A stretch of 64,000 bases of DNA from Candidatus Eiseniibacteriota bacterium (GTDB taxonomy: Bacteria; Eisenbacteria; RBG-16-71-46): contig CAVQXP010000004.1 of the NCBI GenBank assembly GCA_963717935.1, forward strand, positions 96,001 through 160,000, given 5' to 3'. Of this stretch, positions 11,097-23,290 are shown piece after piece. Numbering within the stretch: position 1 is the stretch's first letter; every line of letters begins with the position of its first letter. Position numbers and translations under genes: made by a program. The notes below the pieces were generated by a model that was not told where the DNA came from, did not search any database, and saw only the letters and a program-made list of their open reading frames with translations.

Positions 11097-12374
11097 CTAC
11101 TCCAGCCGCTCGGTGGGCGCCGGCTGCGCGGCGCGGTCGCTCTGCAGCCGCGCCAGCAGGGCGAAGCGCCGGGCCGCCAGCACGAACCCGATCAGCATGA
11201 CCCCGGCGCTGACCGTCGTCGAGACCGGCGCCCCCCAGCGCTGGGCGATCGCCCCCGAGCCGAGTGCGCCGATCGGGACCGTGCCCGCGAACATGAGCGT
11301 GTAGAGACTCATCACGCGCCCGCGGAAGCGGTCCTCGGTCGTGAGCTGGAGCAACGTGTTCGTGCTCGCCACGTAGACGATGAGACCGAAACCGGCGAGC
11401 GCCCCCGCGCAGAGCGAGAGCGGGATCGAGCGCGACCAGGCGAAGAGCGCCAGGCCCGCGCCGCAGGCCGCCAGGCCCAGCAGCAGGTTGCGGCGCAGGC
11501 CCGAGCGAGCGGACCTCCCGGTGAGGCGCACCGCCCCGAACAGCGCGCCGGCGCCGAAGGCCGTCACCAGCAGGCCGTAGGCCTTCGGGCCCGCGTGCAG
11601 GATGTCGCGCGCGTAGACCGGCAGCAGCAGCAGGTACTGGAAACCGAGGCCGGCGGTCACGCCGAGCAGCAGGAGCAGGTTGCGGATCGGCCGCACGGCC
11701 CAGGCGTAGCGCACCCCTTCCCTCAGACTCGAGCCCAGCGCGCGGCCACGGTGGAAGAACTCGCGCTTCGGCAGGTCCAGGCGCGCGAGGCTCGCCAGCA
11801 CGGCCACGTAGGAGAGCGCGTTGAGCCAGAAGCAGCCGCCCTCGCCGACGGTAGCCAGGAGCACGCCCGCCACCGCCGGCCCCACCATGCGCGCGGTGTT
11901 GAACGCCGCCGAGTTGAGCGCGATGGCGTTGCCGAGATCCTCCTTGCCCACCAGCTCGACCACGAAGGACTGCCGCGCCGGCATGTCGAAGGCGTTGATG
12001 ATGCCGAACGCGCCAGCCAGGGCGAGCACCATCCACGGGCGCGTCACGCCCGCGGTCACGACCGCAGCCAGGATGGCCGCCTGCACGAGCGCGGCGCCCT
12101 GGGTGAGGCAGAGCAGGCGGCGGCGGTCCATGCGGTCGATCATCGCGCCGGCCCAGAGCGAGAGCAGCATCACCGGCAGGAACTGGGTGAAGCCGAGCAG
12201 GCCGAGCCAGAAGGCCGAGTGCGTGAGCCGGTGCATGAGCCAGCCCTGCGCCACGCTCTGCATCCAGGTGCCGACGAGCGAGACGAGTTGCCCGCTCCAG
12301 TAGAGCCGGAAGTTGCGGTGGCGAAGCGAGCTGAAACGCGCGACAAGGACCTCGCGGAAGGACGATCCACTCAT
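11097..12374 (-). CDS. MFS transporter (MFS_3-type)
   Basis: FRLYWSGQLVSLVGTWMQ, DRMDRRRL, DMPARQSF, RGRVMSLY; about 12 TM helices. Confidence 0.9.
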   Translation of the reverse strand: MSGSSFREVLVARFSSLRHRNFRLYWSGQLVSLVGTWMQSVAQGWLMHRLTHSAFWLGLLGFTQFLPVMLLSLWAGAMIDRMDRRRLLCLTQGAALVQAAILAAVVTAGVTRPWMVLALAGAFGIINAFDMPARQSFVVELVGKEDLGNAIALNSAAFNTARMVGPAVAGVLLATVGEGGCFWLNALSYVAVLASLARLDLPKREFFHRGRALGSSLREGVRYAWAVRPIRNLLLLLGVTAGLGFQYLLLLPVYARDILHAGPKAYGLLVTAFGAGALFGAVRLTGRSARSGLRRNLLLGLAACGAGLALFAWSRSIPLSLCAGALAGFGLIVYVASTNTLLQLTTEDRFRGRVMSLYTLMFAGTVPIGALGSGAIAQRWGAPVSTTVSAGVMLIGFVLAARRFALLARLQSDRAAQPAPTERLE

Positions 12375-12517
12375 GAGTCCCGGACGCTACTACGGCCCCC
12401 GCCATCGTGCCAGCCGGAGCCCACCGGCCGCGGCCTTTCCATTACGCGCTCCGTGGGCGAGACTGGGCGGACCGTCGCGCCCCGGACGCGCGGCAGGTTC
12501 TCACGCGAGCGAGGGAC

Positions 12518-13852
12518 ATGGACCGCATCCTCACCCGATTCCCGCAGGGGTTCCACTGGGGGGCCGCCACCTCGGCGCACCAGGTCGAGGGCGGTAACCG
12601 AGGGAACGACTGGTGGCGTTTCGAGCAGCGGCCCGGCGCGATCCGCGGCGGCGCGAGGAGCGGCGACGCCTGCCGCCACTGGGAGCGCTTCGACGAGGAT
12701 TTCGCGCGCGCGCGCGGCTACGGTCACACGCTGCACCGGCTCTCGCTCGAGTGGAGCCGCATCGAGCCCGAGCACGGCCGCCACGACGCGGCGGCGATCG
12801 CGCACTACCACGAGGTCTTCGCCTCGCTCGGGCGCCACGGTCTCACGCCGCTCGTGACGCTCCACCACTTCACCAATCCACTGTGGATCGCCGACGCCGG
12901 CGGCTGGGAGGCACGCTCGACACTCGACCGCTTCGACGAGTTCACGCGCTTCTGCGCGCGCGAGTTCGGCGGCGAGGTGGACTGGTGGTGCACGGTGAAC
13001 GAGCCCGAGGTCGGCGCCTTCCGCTCGTACAGCGAGGGCGTCTGGCCCCCGGGCCATCGCGACGACGGCCGGGCGCTCCGCGTGATGGCGAACCTGCTCG
13101 AGGCACACGGGCGCGCCTACCGCATCCTGCACGACGAGGACCGCGCCGACGCCGACGGCGACGGCCGCGCGGCGGTCGTGGGCTTCGCCAAGCACCTGCC
13201 CCAGTTCGTGCCCGACCGGCCCTGGTTCATCCCCGACCTGGTGCGAGCGAGCGTCGAGGACCGCGTGTTCAACACCGCCGTGCTGCACGCGGCCGTCACC
13301 GGGGACATCGCGCTCTCGATCCCCGGCGTGGCGGCAGTGAGCCGGCACGTGCCCGAGCTGGACAGGAGCCTCGACTACCTCGGGCTCAACTACTACACGC
13401 GCTGGCGCGTGCGCACGTTCGCGCGCGTCCCGCACGTCGCGCGCCGTGGCGCGCCGCTGAACGACCTCGGCTGGGAGGTCTGGCCCGCGGGGCTCGTCGA
13501 GGCCGCCCGCCGCGCAGCCGGGGCCGGCGTGCCCGTGATCGTCACCGAGCACGGGCTCGCCGACGGCGCCGATGCGCTGCGCCCGCGCGCGCTGGTGGAG
13601 TCGCTGCTCGGGCTCGGCCGCGCGATCGGGGCCGGCACACCCGTGATCGGTTACCTGCACTGGTCCCTGATGGACAACTTCGAGTGGTCCGAGGGCTTCG
13701 CGGGCCGCTTCGGCCTCGAGCACGTGGACTTCGACGACCCGGCGCGCGCGCGCACCCCGCGGCGCAGCGCCGGGATCCTCGCGCGCATCGCGAAGGCCAA
13801 CGCCATCGACGAGGACCTGGCGCGCGAGGTGGGCGCGGACACCGGCGACTGA
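12518..13852 (+). CDS. Glycoside hydrolase family 1 (beta-glucosidase-like)
   Basis: FHWGAATSAHQVEG, RLSLEWSRIEP, TVNEP acid/base, VTEHG nucleophile, WSLMDNFEW. Confidence 0.95.
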   Translation: MDRILTRFPQGFHWGAATSAHQVEGGNRGNDWWRFEQRPGAIRGGARSGDACRHWERFDEDFARARGYGHTLHRLSLEWSRIEPEHGRHDAAAIAHYHEVFASLGRHGLTPLVTLHHFTNPLWIADAGGWEARSTLDRFDEFTRFCAREFGGEVDWWCTVNEPEVGAFRSYSEGVWPPGHRDDGRALRVMANLLEAHGRAYRILHDEDRADADGDGRAAVVGFAKHLPQFVPDRPWFIPDLVRASVEDRVFNTAVLHAAVTGDIALSIPGVAAVSRHVPELDRSLDYLGLNYYTRWRVRTFARVPHVARRGAPLNDLGWEVWPAGLVEAARRAAGAGVPVIVTEHGLADGADALRPRALVESLLGLGRAIGAGTPVIGYLHWSLMDNFEWSEGFAGRFGLEHVDFDDPARARTPRRSAGILARIAKANAIDEDLAREVGADTGD

Positions 13853-13933
13853 GCGCGGGGCGGGCCGGAATCGTGCGCAGCCGGTCGAATGGGCTCGGGG
13901 TGGGCGGTGGAAGGCCGGAGGGCGGCGCCCGCG

Positions 13934-13962
13934 TTGAGCGCCTCCTCTGCCTGCGCTAGACT
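13934..13962 (+). promoter_or_regulatory. Sigma70-type promoter of the microprotein-hsp20-lon operon
   Basis: TTGAGC-N17-TAGACT ending 29 nt upstream of ATG 13992. Confidence 0.55.
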
Positions 13963-13991
13963 CCGGCCTCCGCCAGCGAAAGGACCTTCGG

Positions 13992-14174
13992 ATGTGCCCC
14001 TTCTGCAAGGAACACGACGGCAAGCCCTGTAAGGTCACCGAGAGACCGAACGGCCGCCTGGCCTGTGAGTGCGGCAGGCACTCCTGGCCGAACTCGGGCG
14101 TCCTCCTCGAGACCTGCCGGCGCCAGAGCCTGACGATCACCGGCTTCCCGCAGATCTGGACGCAGAGCTACTGA
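13992..14174 (+). CDS. 60-aa Cys/His-rich, zinc-finger-like microprotein
   Basis: AAGGA RBS, high GC3 codon usage, CPFCxxH..C..CECGRH..C; lies between a promoter and hsp20. Confidence 0.7.
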   Translation: MCPFCKEHDGKPCKVTERPNGRLACECGRHSWPNSGVLLETCRRQSLTITGFPQIWTQSY

Positions 14175-14188
14175 GCGCGGAGCCGACC

Positions 14189-14635
14189 GTGACGCACGAG
14201 CCTCCGAATCCGCTCGAGAGCCTGCAGCGCGAGGTGGAGCGCCTGTTCCACGACCTCGTCTACCGGCGGCATCCGGCCTCGCACTTCGCCGAGCCGCGCT
14301 GGTCGCCGGCCGCCGACCTGGTCGTGGGCAAGAAGTCGGCGCGCGTCATCTTCGAGCTGGCGGGGGTGCCGCGCGAGAGCGTGAAGGTCCTGCTGCGCGG
14401 CAACGTGCTCGAGGTGAGTGGCCGGCGCAGCCCGCCGCAGGAGCCGGCCGGCACCCACTACCACCGCGCGGAGATCTACTTCGGCGACTTCCGCCGCCTG
14501 GTCGAGCTGCCCTGGGAGGCCGACGAGACCAGGGTCGAGGCCGTCTACCGCGAGGGCATGCTCGAAGTGCGGCTCAAGCGCGCACCCGGGACCGAACGCA
14601 AGGAGATCGAGATCGAGGAGCCGGAAGCCCGCTGA
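14189..14635 (+). CDS. Small heat-shock protein, Hsp20/alpha-crystallin
   Basis: WSPAADL, ELAGV, LEVSGRR, EIYFGDFRR..LP, AVYREGMLEV, IEI tail. Confidence 0.92.
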   Translation: MTHEPPNPLESLQREVERLFHDLVYRRHPASHFAEPRWSPAADLVVGKKSARVIFELAGVPRESVKVLLRGNVLEVSGRRSPPQEPAGTHYHRAEIYFGDFRRLVELPWEADETRVEAVYREGMLEVRLKRAPGTERKEIEIEEPEAR

Positions 14636-14663
14636 GGGCGGCCGGCCGCTCGAGAGGACGCCC

Positions 14664-17097
<2,434 letters not shown>

Positions 17098-17207
17098 CGG
17101 GGCCCGTCATCCTTCCCGGCCTCGTGCGCCAGCCACGGGGGCGGGACGGAGTCCGTCAAGGCCGCGCCCGGCGCCCACCTGGACCGTCCCGGGCCCGGAA
17201 GCTGCCC

Positions 17208-17660
17208 TCACCCCCGCGGGCGCCGCAGCGCGTGGACCGCCCGGTCCAGCGCCTGCAGGAAGCGCGAGCGATCCCGCGGGTCGAAGGGTGGCGGACCGCC
17301 CGCCTCCAGGCCGGCGCCCCGCATCTCGGAGAGCAGGTTCCGCGTCGCCAGGGCCTCTCCGATGTTCGACTCGGTGAACGGCCGGCCGGTCGGGCCCAGC
17401 ACGTACGCGCCGCCTGCGAGGCACCGGGAGGCGAGCGGGATGTCCGCCGTGATCACGATGTCGTCCGGCGCGACGTGCGCGACGATCCAGTCGTCCGCGG
17501 CGTCGAAGCCCTGGTCCACGACCTCGAGGGCGATGCCCGGGCCGCTCGGGACGCGCATCCAGGAAGCCGCCACGAGCGTCACGCCGAGCCCGTAGCGTTG
17601 GGCGACCCGATGGACCTCCTGTTTCACGGGACAGGCGTCGGCGTCAACGTAGATGCGCAG
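17208..17660 (-). CDS. YaiI/YqxD family (DUF188) protein
   Basis: RIYVDADACPVK, DAADDWI, DIVITADIPLA, DRSRFLQALD; apparent CTG start. Confidence 0.9.
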   Translation of the reverse strand: MRIYVDADACPVKQEVHRVAQRYGLGVTLVAASWMRVPSGPGIALEVVDQGFDAADDWIVAHVAPDDIVITADIPLASRCLAGGAYVLGPTGRPFTESNIGEALATRNLLSEMRGAGLEAGGPPPFDPRDRSRFLQALDRAVHALRRPRG

Positions 17661-17671
17661 GGATGGATCCC

Positions 17672-18580
17672 CTATCCGGTCGGAGCGGGCGCGGGGCGCG
17701 GGGCCGGGCCGCATTGCGCCGCTGCCCTCCGCAACTCCACCGTCACCTCGTCCATCTCCGCCAGGTCGGGCGCCACACCGTGCGCGCCGTGCTCCAGCGC
17801 GTAGCGCACACCTTCCTCGAGGCTGCACAGCCCACCCGCCCGCAACTCGGTGGCGATGAACGGCACGCCGCCACGCGCGAGCTCCGCCAGCGTCTCCACG
17901 GGGCGCGGCTTCATCCCCAGGCCCCTCGGGTTCACCGGGCCCACGATGAAGTCGGGACCCACGCCCCATTCGCGCAGGCGCTGCAGCAGCAGGCCGGGAT
18001 TGCGGGTCTCGAAGCCCGCGGCGGCGTGGAAACGCGCGCGCACGAAACGCGGCAGCGACTCGAAGAAGACGCGATGGCCCCCGGCAAGCGCCGCGTCCGT
18101 GAGCGGCGCGGCGATGACGATGCCCGTCACACCCCGGCGCGGCAGCAGGCGGGCCCCGGCCTCGAGCAGCACGGGCACGCGCGCGGTGAAGTCGCCGCGG
18201 CGGAAAGCCGAGAACCGCAGGGCTCCGGTCACGCTCATGCGCAGGCGGCACGCGAGGCCCGCATCGCGCCGCGCGCGCGTGATCAGCGGCTCCACGCCGG
18301 GCTCGAGCATGCGGTAATCCTGCGCGCTGAGCGCGGGCAGGACGGCGTAGATGGGCACGACTCGCTCCAGTTCGGCGAGCGCGGTGCGCAGCGCCGGCGA
18401 GGGCGAGCCGAGCACGCCGGCGGCCCCCACGTCCACCGCCTTCACCAGCGTGACGGCCAGGGACTCGGGCTCGCGGAAGCGATTCTGGATCTCGAGCAGG
18501 CGCTCGCGCGTGGCACGCGTCACGCCGTCGAGCGAGCGGACCGAGAGCAGCAGGCGCGGCGCGGCGTAGATGCGCTTCAT
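17672..18580 (-). CDS. Hypothetical protein, possibly a TIM-barrel / aldo-keto-reductase-like fold
   Basis: ATGA overlap with the upstream Gfo/Idh/MocA gene; GFETRN..PVNPRGLGMKP pattern. The fold call is inference. Confidence 0.5.
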   Translation of the reverse strand: MKRIYAAPRLLLSVRSLDGVTRATRERLLEIQNRFREPESLAVTLVKAVDVGAAGVLGSPSPALRTALAELERVVPIYAVLPALSAQDYRMLEPGVEPLITRARRDAGLACRLRMSVTGALRFSAFRRGDFTARVPVLLEAGARLLPRRGVTGIVIAAPLTDAALAGGHRVFFESLPRFVRARFHAAAGFETRNPGLLLQRLREWGVGPDFIVGPVNPRGLGMKPRPVETLAELARGGVPFIATELRAGGLCSLEEGVRYALEHGAHGVAPDLAEMDEVTVELRRAAAQCGPAPRPAPAPTG

Positions 18581-19665
18581 GAGGCCACCTTCACGGTGAT
18601 GCCGCCGGCCGCGGCCGAGCGGTAGAGCGCATCCATCACGCGGTGCGTGTCGAGCGCGGCGAGAGCCTCGTTGGGCGGCACCGGGCCACCGGCCACCCAG
18701 TCGAGGAACGCGGCATCGTGCGACCAGAGCGTCTCGCCCCCGAAGTCGAACCGCGCGGGCGCGTCGAAGTCGGCATCGCGCACCCGGGTGTAGCCCGCCG
18801 GGAAGCCGGCCCCCGCGCGCGTGAGATCCACCTCCAGAGCCTCGTCGGAGGCGAGCAGCTTGCCGTCGGGACCGGCCAACTCGATGACGGTGGAGGCACG
18901 CGAGTAGCCGGGCACGCTCCAGGAACAGTCGAAGCCCACCTCGGCGCCGTCGGGCAGGGTCATCATGCCGTGCAGCTCGTCCTCGACCATGCCGTAGAGC
19001 AGGTTCCACTCGGCGCGGACTTCGACCGGCACACCCAGCATCCGCACCAGCACGAACAACAGGTCCGAGGCCAGGTGCGCGACCACGCCGCCGGCCACCC
19101 GCTCCGGGTCGAGCCGGCCGGGACCCCGGCGCGGACGCGGCGCGAAGACGCGCGAGACGAACATGGCGGAGCGGGCGTGCCGTACGGAGCCGAGCGCACC
19201 CGAGCGCACGACCTCCTGGACCCGCGCAAAGACGGGCTCGAAGGCGAGCGGGTGCCCCACGGCGAGCGGAACGCGGCGCTCCGACGCCAGCCGGACGAGC
19301 GTTTCGGCCTCCTCGAGCGTGCGCGCCATGGGGCGCTCGAGCAACACGGGGATGCCCGCCCCGAGCACGATCTGCGCCACGCGGGCGCGCTCGTACTGCG
19401 CGGCGCACACCACCACGGCGTCGGGGCGAACCTTCTCGAGCAGGCGCTCGACGCGGGCGAAGGCGGGCACCGTGAAGCCCATGCCGCGCAGCGCGGCGCG
19501 GGCGCTGGCGCGCGGGTCGGCCACGGCGACCAGCTCGCAGCCGGGGATGTGGGTGAGCATGAGCGCATGCGCGACGCCGGCGCGGCCGAGGCCGACCACG
19601 GCCAGGCGCTGACTGGCGAGCGGAAGCACGGCAGAGCCGTCGGGTGGGCCAGCCATGGCACTCAT
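18577..19665 (-). CDS. Gfo/Idh/MocA family oxidoreductase
   Basis: AVVGLGRAG Rossmann motif, VAVAD, VLLERPMA (EKP variant), GGVVAHLASD. Confidence 0.85.
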   Translation of the reverse strand: MSAMAGPPDGSAVLPLASQRLAVVGLGRAGVAHALMLTHIPGCELVAVADPRASARAALRGMGFTVPAFARVERLLEKVRPDAVVVCAAQYERARVAQIVLGAGIPVLLERPMARTLEEAETLVRLASERRVPLAVGHPLAFEPVFARVQEVVRSGALGSVRHARSAMFVSRVFAPRPRRGPGRLDPERVAGGVVAHLASDLLFVLVRMLGVPVEVRAEWNLLYGMVEDELHGMMTLPDGAEVGFDCSWSVPGYSRASTVIELAGPDGKLLASDEALEVDLTRAGAGFPAGYTRVRDADFDAPARFDFGGETLWSHDAAFLDWVAGGPVPPNEALAALDTHRVMDALYRSAAAGGITVKVAS

Positions 19666-19956
19666 GCTCCTCCTGTGCTTCGCGCCGGGTGGCGCGACGG
19701 TGACCGGACGCATGGGCGCCGGCCTGCGGAATCCATTCCCGGATGGCGACCCCCACAGGCTACACGCGTGCCGCCGCCGCGGCAATGCAGCACCGGAGGC
19801 GGCACCACCGGAGGCACGCGGGGCGGGCGGCGATGTCCCGGCGCGATCGCCGGGCGCTGGCGGACGCGAGCCACGGCGATACCACGTGGGAACGTCGCGG
19901 CCCCCGGCGAGGACCCGCCGGGGGCCGCGCTGCGCCGCGCTCGAGCGGGCTCCGAC

Positions 19957-20526
19957 TCAGGCCTTCGCCACCTCGGGCGAGCGGCCGGCCAGCAACTCCT
20001 CGGCGTACTCCCGGCCCTTCTCGAAGGCCTTCCGGTTCAGCTCCTCGGTCCCGGACGGGACCGAGAGGCGGAGCGCCTCGCGCATGGCCTCCATCGGCAC
20101 CAGCTTCGTGATGGCGGAGAAGAAGCCCAGCATCACCACGTTCTGCACCAGCACGCGGCCGAGCACTTCGGCGATGCGGGTGGAGGGGATGCCGTGGGCG
20201 CGCTGCGTGGGCTTGACGACCGGATGGACCAGGTTCGACTCGTAGATCAGCACGCCGTCGTCCTTCAACTCGTTCTTGTACAGCTCGAAGCCCTCGGACG
20301 ACATGGCCACCAGGACGTCCGGATGACGCACGTACGGGTAGAGCACCTCGGTCTCCGACATCGCCAGCGTGGCGCTGCACGACGAGCCGCGCGCCTCGGG
20401 GCCGAAGCTCTGGATCATGGCGGCGTGCTTGCCGGCGTGCACGGCCCAGGCGCGGCCGATCACCGTGCTGATGAGCACGACGCCCTGGCCGCCATAGCCG
20501 GTGACGCGGACCTCAGTCCTGCCCAT
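19957..20526 (-). CDS. korC: 2-oxoacid:ferredoxin oxidoreductase gamma subunit
   Basis: VTGYGGQGVV, QSFGPEARGSSC, NVVMLG, NRKAFEKG. Confidence 0.9.
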   Translation of the reverse strand: MGRTEVRVTGYGGQGVVLISTVIGRAWAVHAGKHAAMIQSFGPEARGSSCSATLAMSETEVLYPYVRHPDVLVAMSSEGFELYKNELKDDGVLIYESNLVHPVVKPTQRAHGIPSTRIAEVLGRVLVQNVVMLGFFSAITKLVPMEAMREALRLSVPSGTEELNRKAFEKGREYAEELLAGRSPEVAKA

Positions 20527-21415
20527 GGAGCATCCCCCCCTCGGGCGGCATCGGCACGTACTTGTCGCCGAGCACGCCACGGTAGTGCGCCTCCATCGCC
20601 TCGAGGAACGTGGGCCGCTCCTCGTCCACGAACTTCCCGCAGATGATCTTGCTCTGGAAGTCGAGGTCGAGTTCGCGCGTGTCGGCCTTGTTCTTGATCT
20701 CGAAGTTGTCGCGGTAGTAGGTCATCAGGTCGAGCCCGGTCCCGAGCTTGTTGAGGCGCGCGTACAGGGTCGAGCAGGGCGCGATCACCTCGATGAAGCG
20801 GAAGCCCTTGCGCTTCAGGGCCTCGGTGAAGGTCCGGGTCATCTGGGCGGTGTGCATGCTGGTCCAGCGCGCCACGTAGGTGGCCCCGCAGGTGGCGGCC
20901 AGGTGCGGCAGGTTGAACGGCCGCTCGAAGTTGCCCAGCGGCATGGTCGAGGAGCGCGCGCCCAGCGGCGTGGTGGGCGCGTTCTGCCCGCCGGTCATGC
21001 CGTAGATGAAGTTGTTCACCAGGATCACCAGCAGGTCCATGTTGCGGCGGGCGGCGTGGATGAAGTGGTTGCCGCCGATGCCCATCAGGTCCCCATCGCC
21101 CGAGATCACCGCCACCGTCAGCTCGGGCCGGCCCAGTTTGAGGCCGGTGGCGAAGGGCAGCGCGCGTCCGTGGGTCGAGTGGAAGCTGTCCATCTTCACG
21201 TAGCCCGCCACGCGTCCCGTGCAGCCGATGCCGGAGACGACGCTCACCTTGTCGAGGTCCAGCTTCGAGCGGCCCAGCGCCGTGGCGAAGCACTTCACCA
21301 CCGTGCCGATGCCGCAGGTCGGGCACCAGATGTGCGGCATCCGGTCCATGCGGATGTAGGGGGTGATCGGGTGTTCGCGTTCCTCGCCCGTGCCGAGCTC
21401 GATCAGCGTGCTCAT
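20513..21415 (-). CDS. korB: 2-oxoacid:ferredoxin oxidoreductase beta subunit (TPP-binding)
   Basis: WCPTCG, SGIGC, HGRA, GDGD..NN..YGMTGGQ. Confidence 0.93.
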   Translation of the reverse strand: MSTLIELGTGEEREHPITPYIRMDRMPHIWCPTCGIGTVVKCFATALGRSKLDLDKVSVVSGIGCTGRVAGYVKMDSFHSTHGRALPFATGLKLGRPELTVAVISGDGDLMGIGGNHFIHAARRNMDLLVILVNNFIYGMTGGQNAPTTPLGARSSTMPLGNFERPFNLPHLAATCGATYVARWTSMHTAQMTRTFTEALKRKGFRFIEVIAPCSTLYARLNKLGTGLDLMTYYRDNFEIKNKADTRELDLDFQSKIICGKFVDEERPTFLEAMEAHYRGVLGDKYVPMPPEGGMLHGQD

Positions 21416-22608
21416 CGTGCCGCTCCCAGGATGGCCTGGCAGATCGCCTCGGGATCGTGGACCCCACCGCCGGCGTGCGGGATCCCGATCGTGGCGGCCT
21501 GGCCCGCCGCGCAGCGCTCCACCTCCAGTGACATCTGCCCGAAATTGATCTCGGGGACCACGAAGGCCTTGATCCCGCGGGCCAGCTCGCGGATGCGGGC
21601 CTCCGGGAAGGGCCAGCACACGACCAGCCGCAGCGTGCCCACCTTCGCCCCCTGCTCGCGCGCCAGCTCCACACCCAGCTGCGCGACGCGCGAGGTGATG
21701 CCGTAGCTCACCACCACCACGTCGGCGCCGGCGGTCTGCTCCTCCTCGATGCGGATGATCTTGTCGACGTTCTTCTGGATCTTGTCCACCAGGCGCCGCA
21801 CCAGGGTCTGCTGGGTCTCGATGGTCATCGCCGGGTAGCCGCGCTCGTCGTGCGTGAGGCCGGTGGTGTGGAAGCGGTAGCCGTCGCCGGCCCGGACCAT
21901 CTCCGGCACCAGGCTCTCGTCGGCGCGGTACGGCAGGTACTCCGCGGGGCTCTTCTTCGTCAGCCGGCGCGGGACGATCTCGATCTGCCCGGCCGGCGGG
22001 ATGACGACCTTCTCGGTCATGTGGCCGACGCACTCATCCATCATCATCAGCACCGGGACGCGATAGAGCTCGGAGAGGTTGAAGGCATCGATGGTCAGGT
22101 CGAAGGCCTCCTGCGGCGAGCGCGGGCTGAGCGCGATCAGGCTGTAGTCGCCGTGCGAGCCCCAGCGGGCCTGCATCATGTCGCCCTGGCCGACCATGGT
22201 CGGCAGCCCGGTCGAGGGCCCTGCGCGCTGCACGTCAACGACCACGACCGGGGTCTCCATCATCGCCGCCAGGCCGATGTTCTCCATCATCAGGCTGAAG
22301 CCGGGGCCGCTGGTCACGGTCATGCACTTGGTGCCCGACCACGAGCCGCCCACGATGGCCGCCATGCTGGCCAGCTCGTCCTCCATCTGGATGAAGATGC
22401 CGCCCACCGTGGGGAAGCGGCGCCCGATGCGCTCGACGACCTCGGTCGAGGGGGTGATCGGGTAGCCCGCCACGAACCGGCAGCCGGCGGCCATGGCGCC
22501 CTCGCCGCAGGCGAAGTCGCCGTCCAGATAGTGCGTGCCGGTGAGGACTCCGCGGGGGTCGGCCTTGACGGTGCGCGTTCCGGAGGCTTCCAGGTAGTGG
22601 GGGCGCAT
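21412..22608 (-). CDS. korA: 2-oxoacid:ferredoxin oxidoreductase alpha subunit
   Basis: GYPITPSTE, QMEDELA, TSGPGFSLMME, QRAGPSTGLPT. Confidence 0.93.
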   Translation of the reverse strand: MRPHYLEASGTRTVKADPRGVLTGTHYLDGDFACGEGAMAAGCRFVAGYPITPSTEVVERIGRRFPTVGGIFIQMEDELASMAAIVGGSWSGTKCMTVTSGPGFSLMMENIGLAAMMETPVVVVDVQRAGPSTGLPTMVGQGDMMQARWGSHGDYSLIALSPRSPQEAFDLTIDAFNLSELYRVPVLMMMDECVGHMTEKVVIPPAGQIEIVPRRLTKKSPAEYLPYRADESLVPEMVRAGDGYRFHTTGLTHDERGYPAMTIETQQTLVRRLVDKIQKNVDKIIRIEEEQTAGADVVVVSYGITSRVAQLGVELAREQGAKVGTLRLVVCWPFPEARIRELARGIKAFVVPEINFGQMSLEVERCAAGQAATIGIPHAGGGVHDPEAICQAILGAAR

Positions 22609-22931
22609 CACTTGGCCTCCTCGTTCCCGTTCTCCTCGCCGGCCGCACCGTCCGCCAGGCGGACGGTGAAGATCGCGAAGTCGGGGCAGATCATCTCGCA
22701 GGTGTCGCAGTTCTTGCAGTTGTCGGGGTTGACGACCTTGGGCGGGTGATAGCCCTTGCGATTGAACTTCTCCGAGTTCTCGAGCACGTCCCGGGGGCAG
22801 AACTCGACGCAGAAGCCACACCCCTTGCACCAGTCCGTGATGATGCACAACTCGCCGCGCGGTACACGGACACGCTCCACGTCCGGCGGCTTGCGCTGGG
22901 GTACCGACTCAGTCCCCTCGACCGGCTTCAT
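22608..22931 (-). CDS. korD: 2-oxoacid:ferredoxin oxidoreductase delta subunit (2x[4Fe-4S])
   Basis: WCKGCGFCVEFCP and CKNCDTCEMICPDFAI. Confidence 0.92.
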   Translation of the reverse strand: MKPVEGTESVPQRKPPDVERVRVPRGELCIITDWCKGCGFCVEFCPRDVLENSEKFNRKGYHPPKVVNPDNCKNCDTCEMICPDFAIFTVRLADGAAGEENGNEEAK

Positions 22932-23290
22932 CCGATGCCCTCCGCGATCGTCTCGTCCCCCGCCCCTCGCCTCCCGGGGCCGTGCTCCGCTGGACCGGCT
23001 GTCAGGCGGACTCTGACGGACTCTACTTCCGTTCAGGCAAGCAAGATACAGGCCCCCGCCACGGTGGGCCCGGAGCCCGCTGCCTGCGACCGCGCGATGC
23101 GCCCAACGGCTTGGGGAGAACGGGATTGGGACGAGCGGCGCTCCGGATGCCGTGGACCCGTGAGCGCCCCGGACACGGGCGCGCGCCTGCCATGCGACAG
23201 CCCGGGTCTGTGACATGGCAGGAAGACGGAGCGGCCCCCGGTGGGGGTCCACCGGGGGCCGCGCGTGCCGCTCGGAAGGCCGGGGTCGGG

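Noticed and set aside
13540..13557. GH1 nucleophile motif TEHG instead of TENG
   Set aside because: The catalytic Glu is retained; a minor variant with no further support for novelty.
17098..17804. Long C-terminal extension on Lon (1128-aa ORF)
   Set aside because: Produced by the frameshift at about 17010; it overlaps the yaiI-like gene on the opposite strand.
22992..23006. 13/15 match between the korD leader (CCTGACAGCCGGTCC) and the nifJ leader (44999-45013, CCTGACAGCAGGTTC)
   Set aside because: A rough estimate suggests about one such match is expected by chance between two GC-rich regions of this length, and it is not palindromic.
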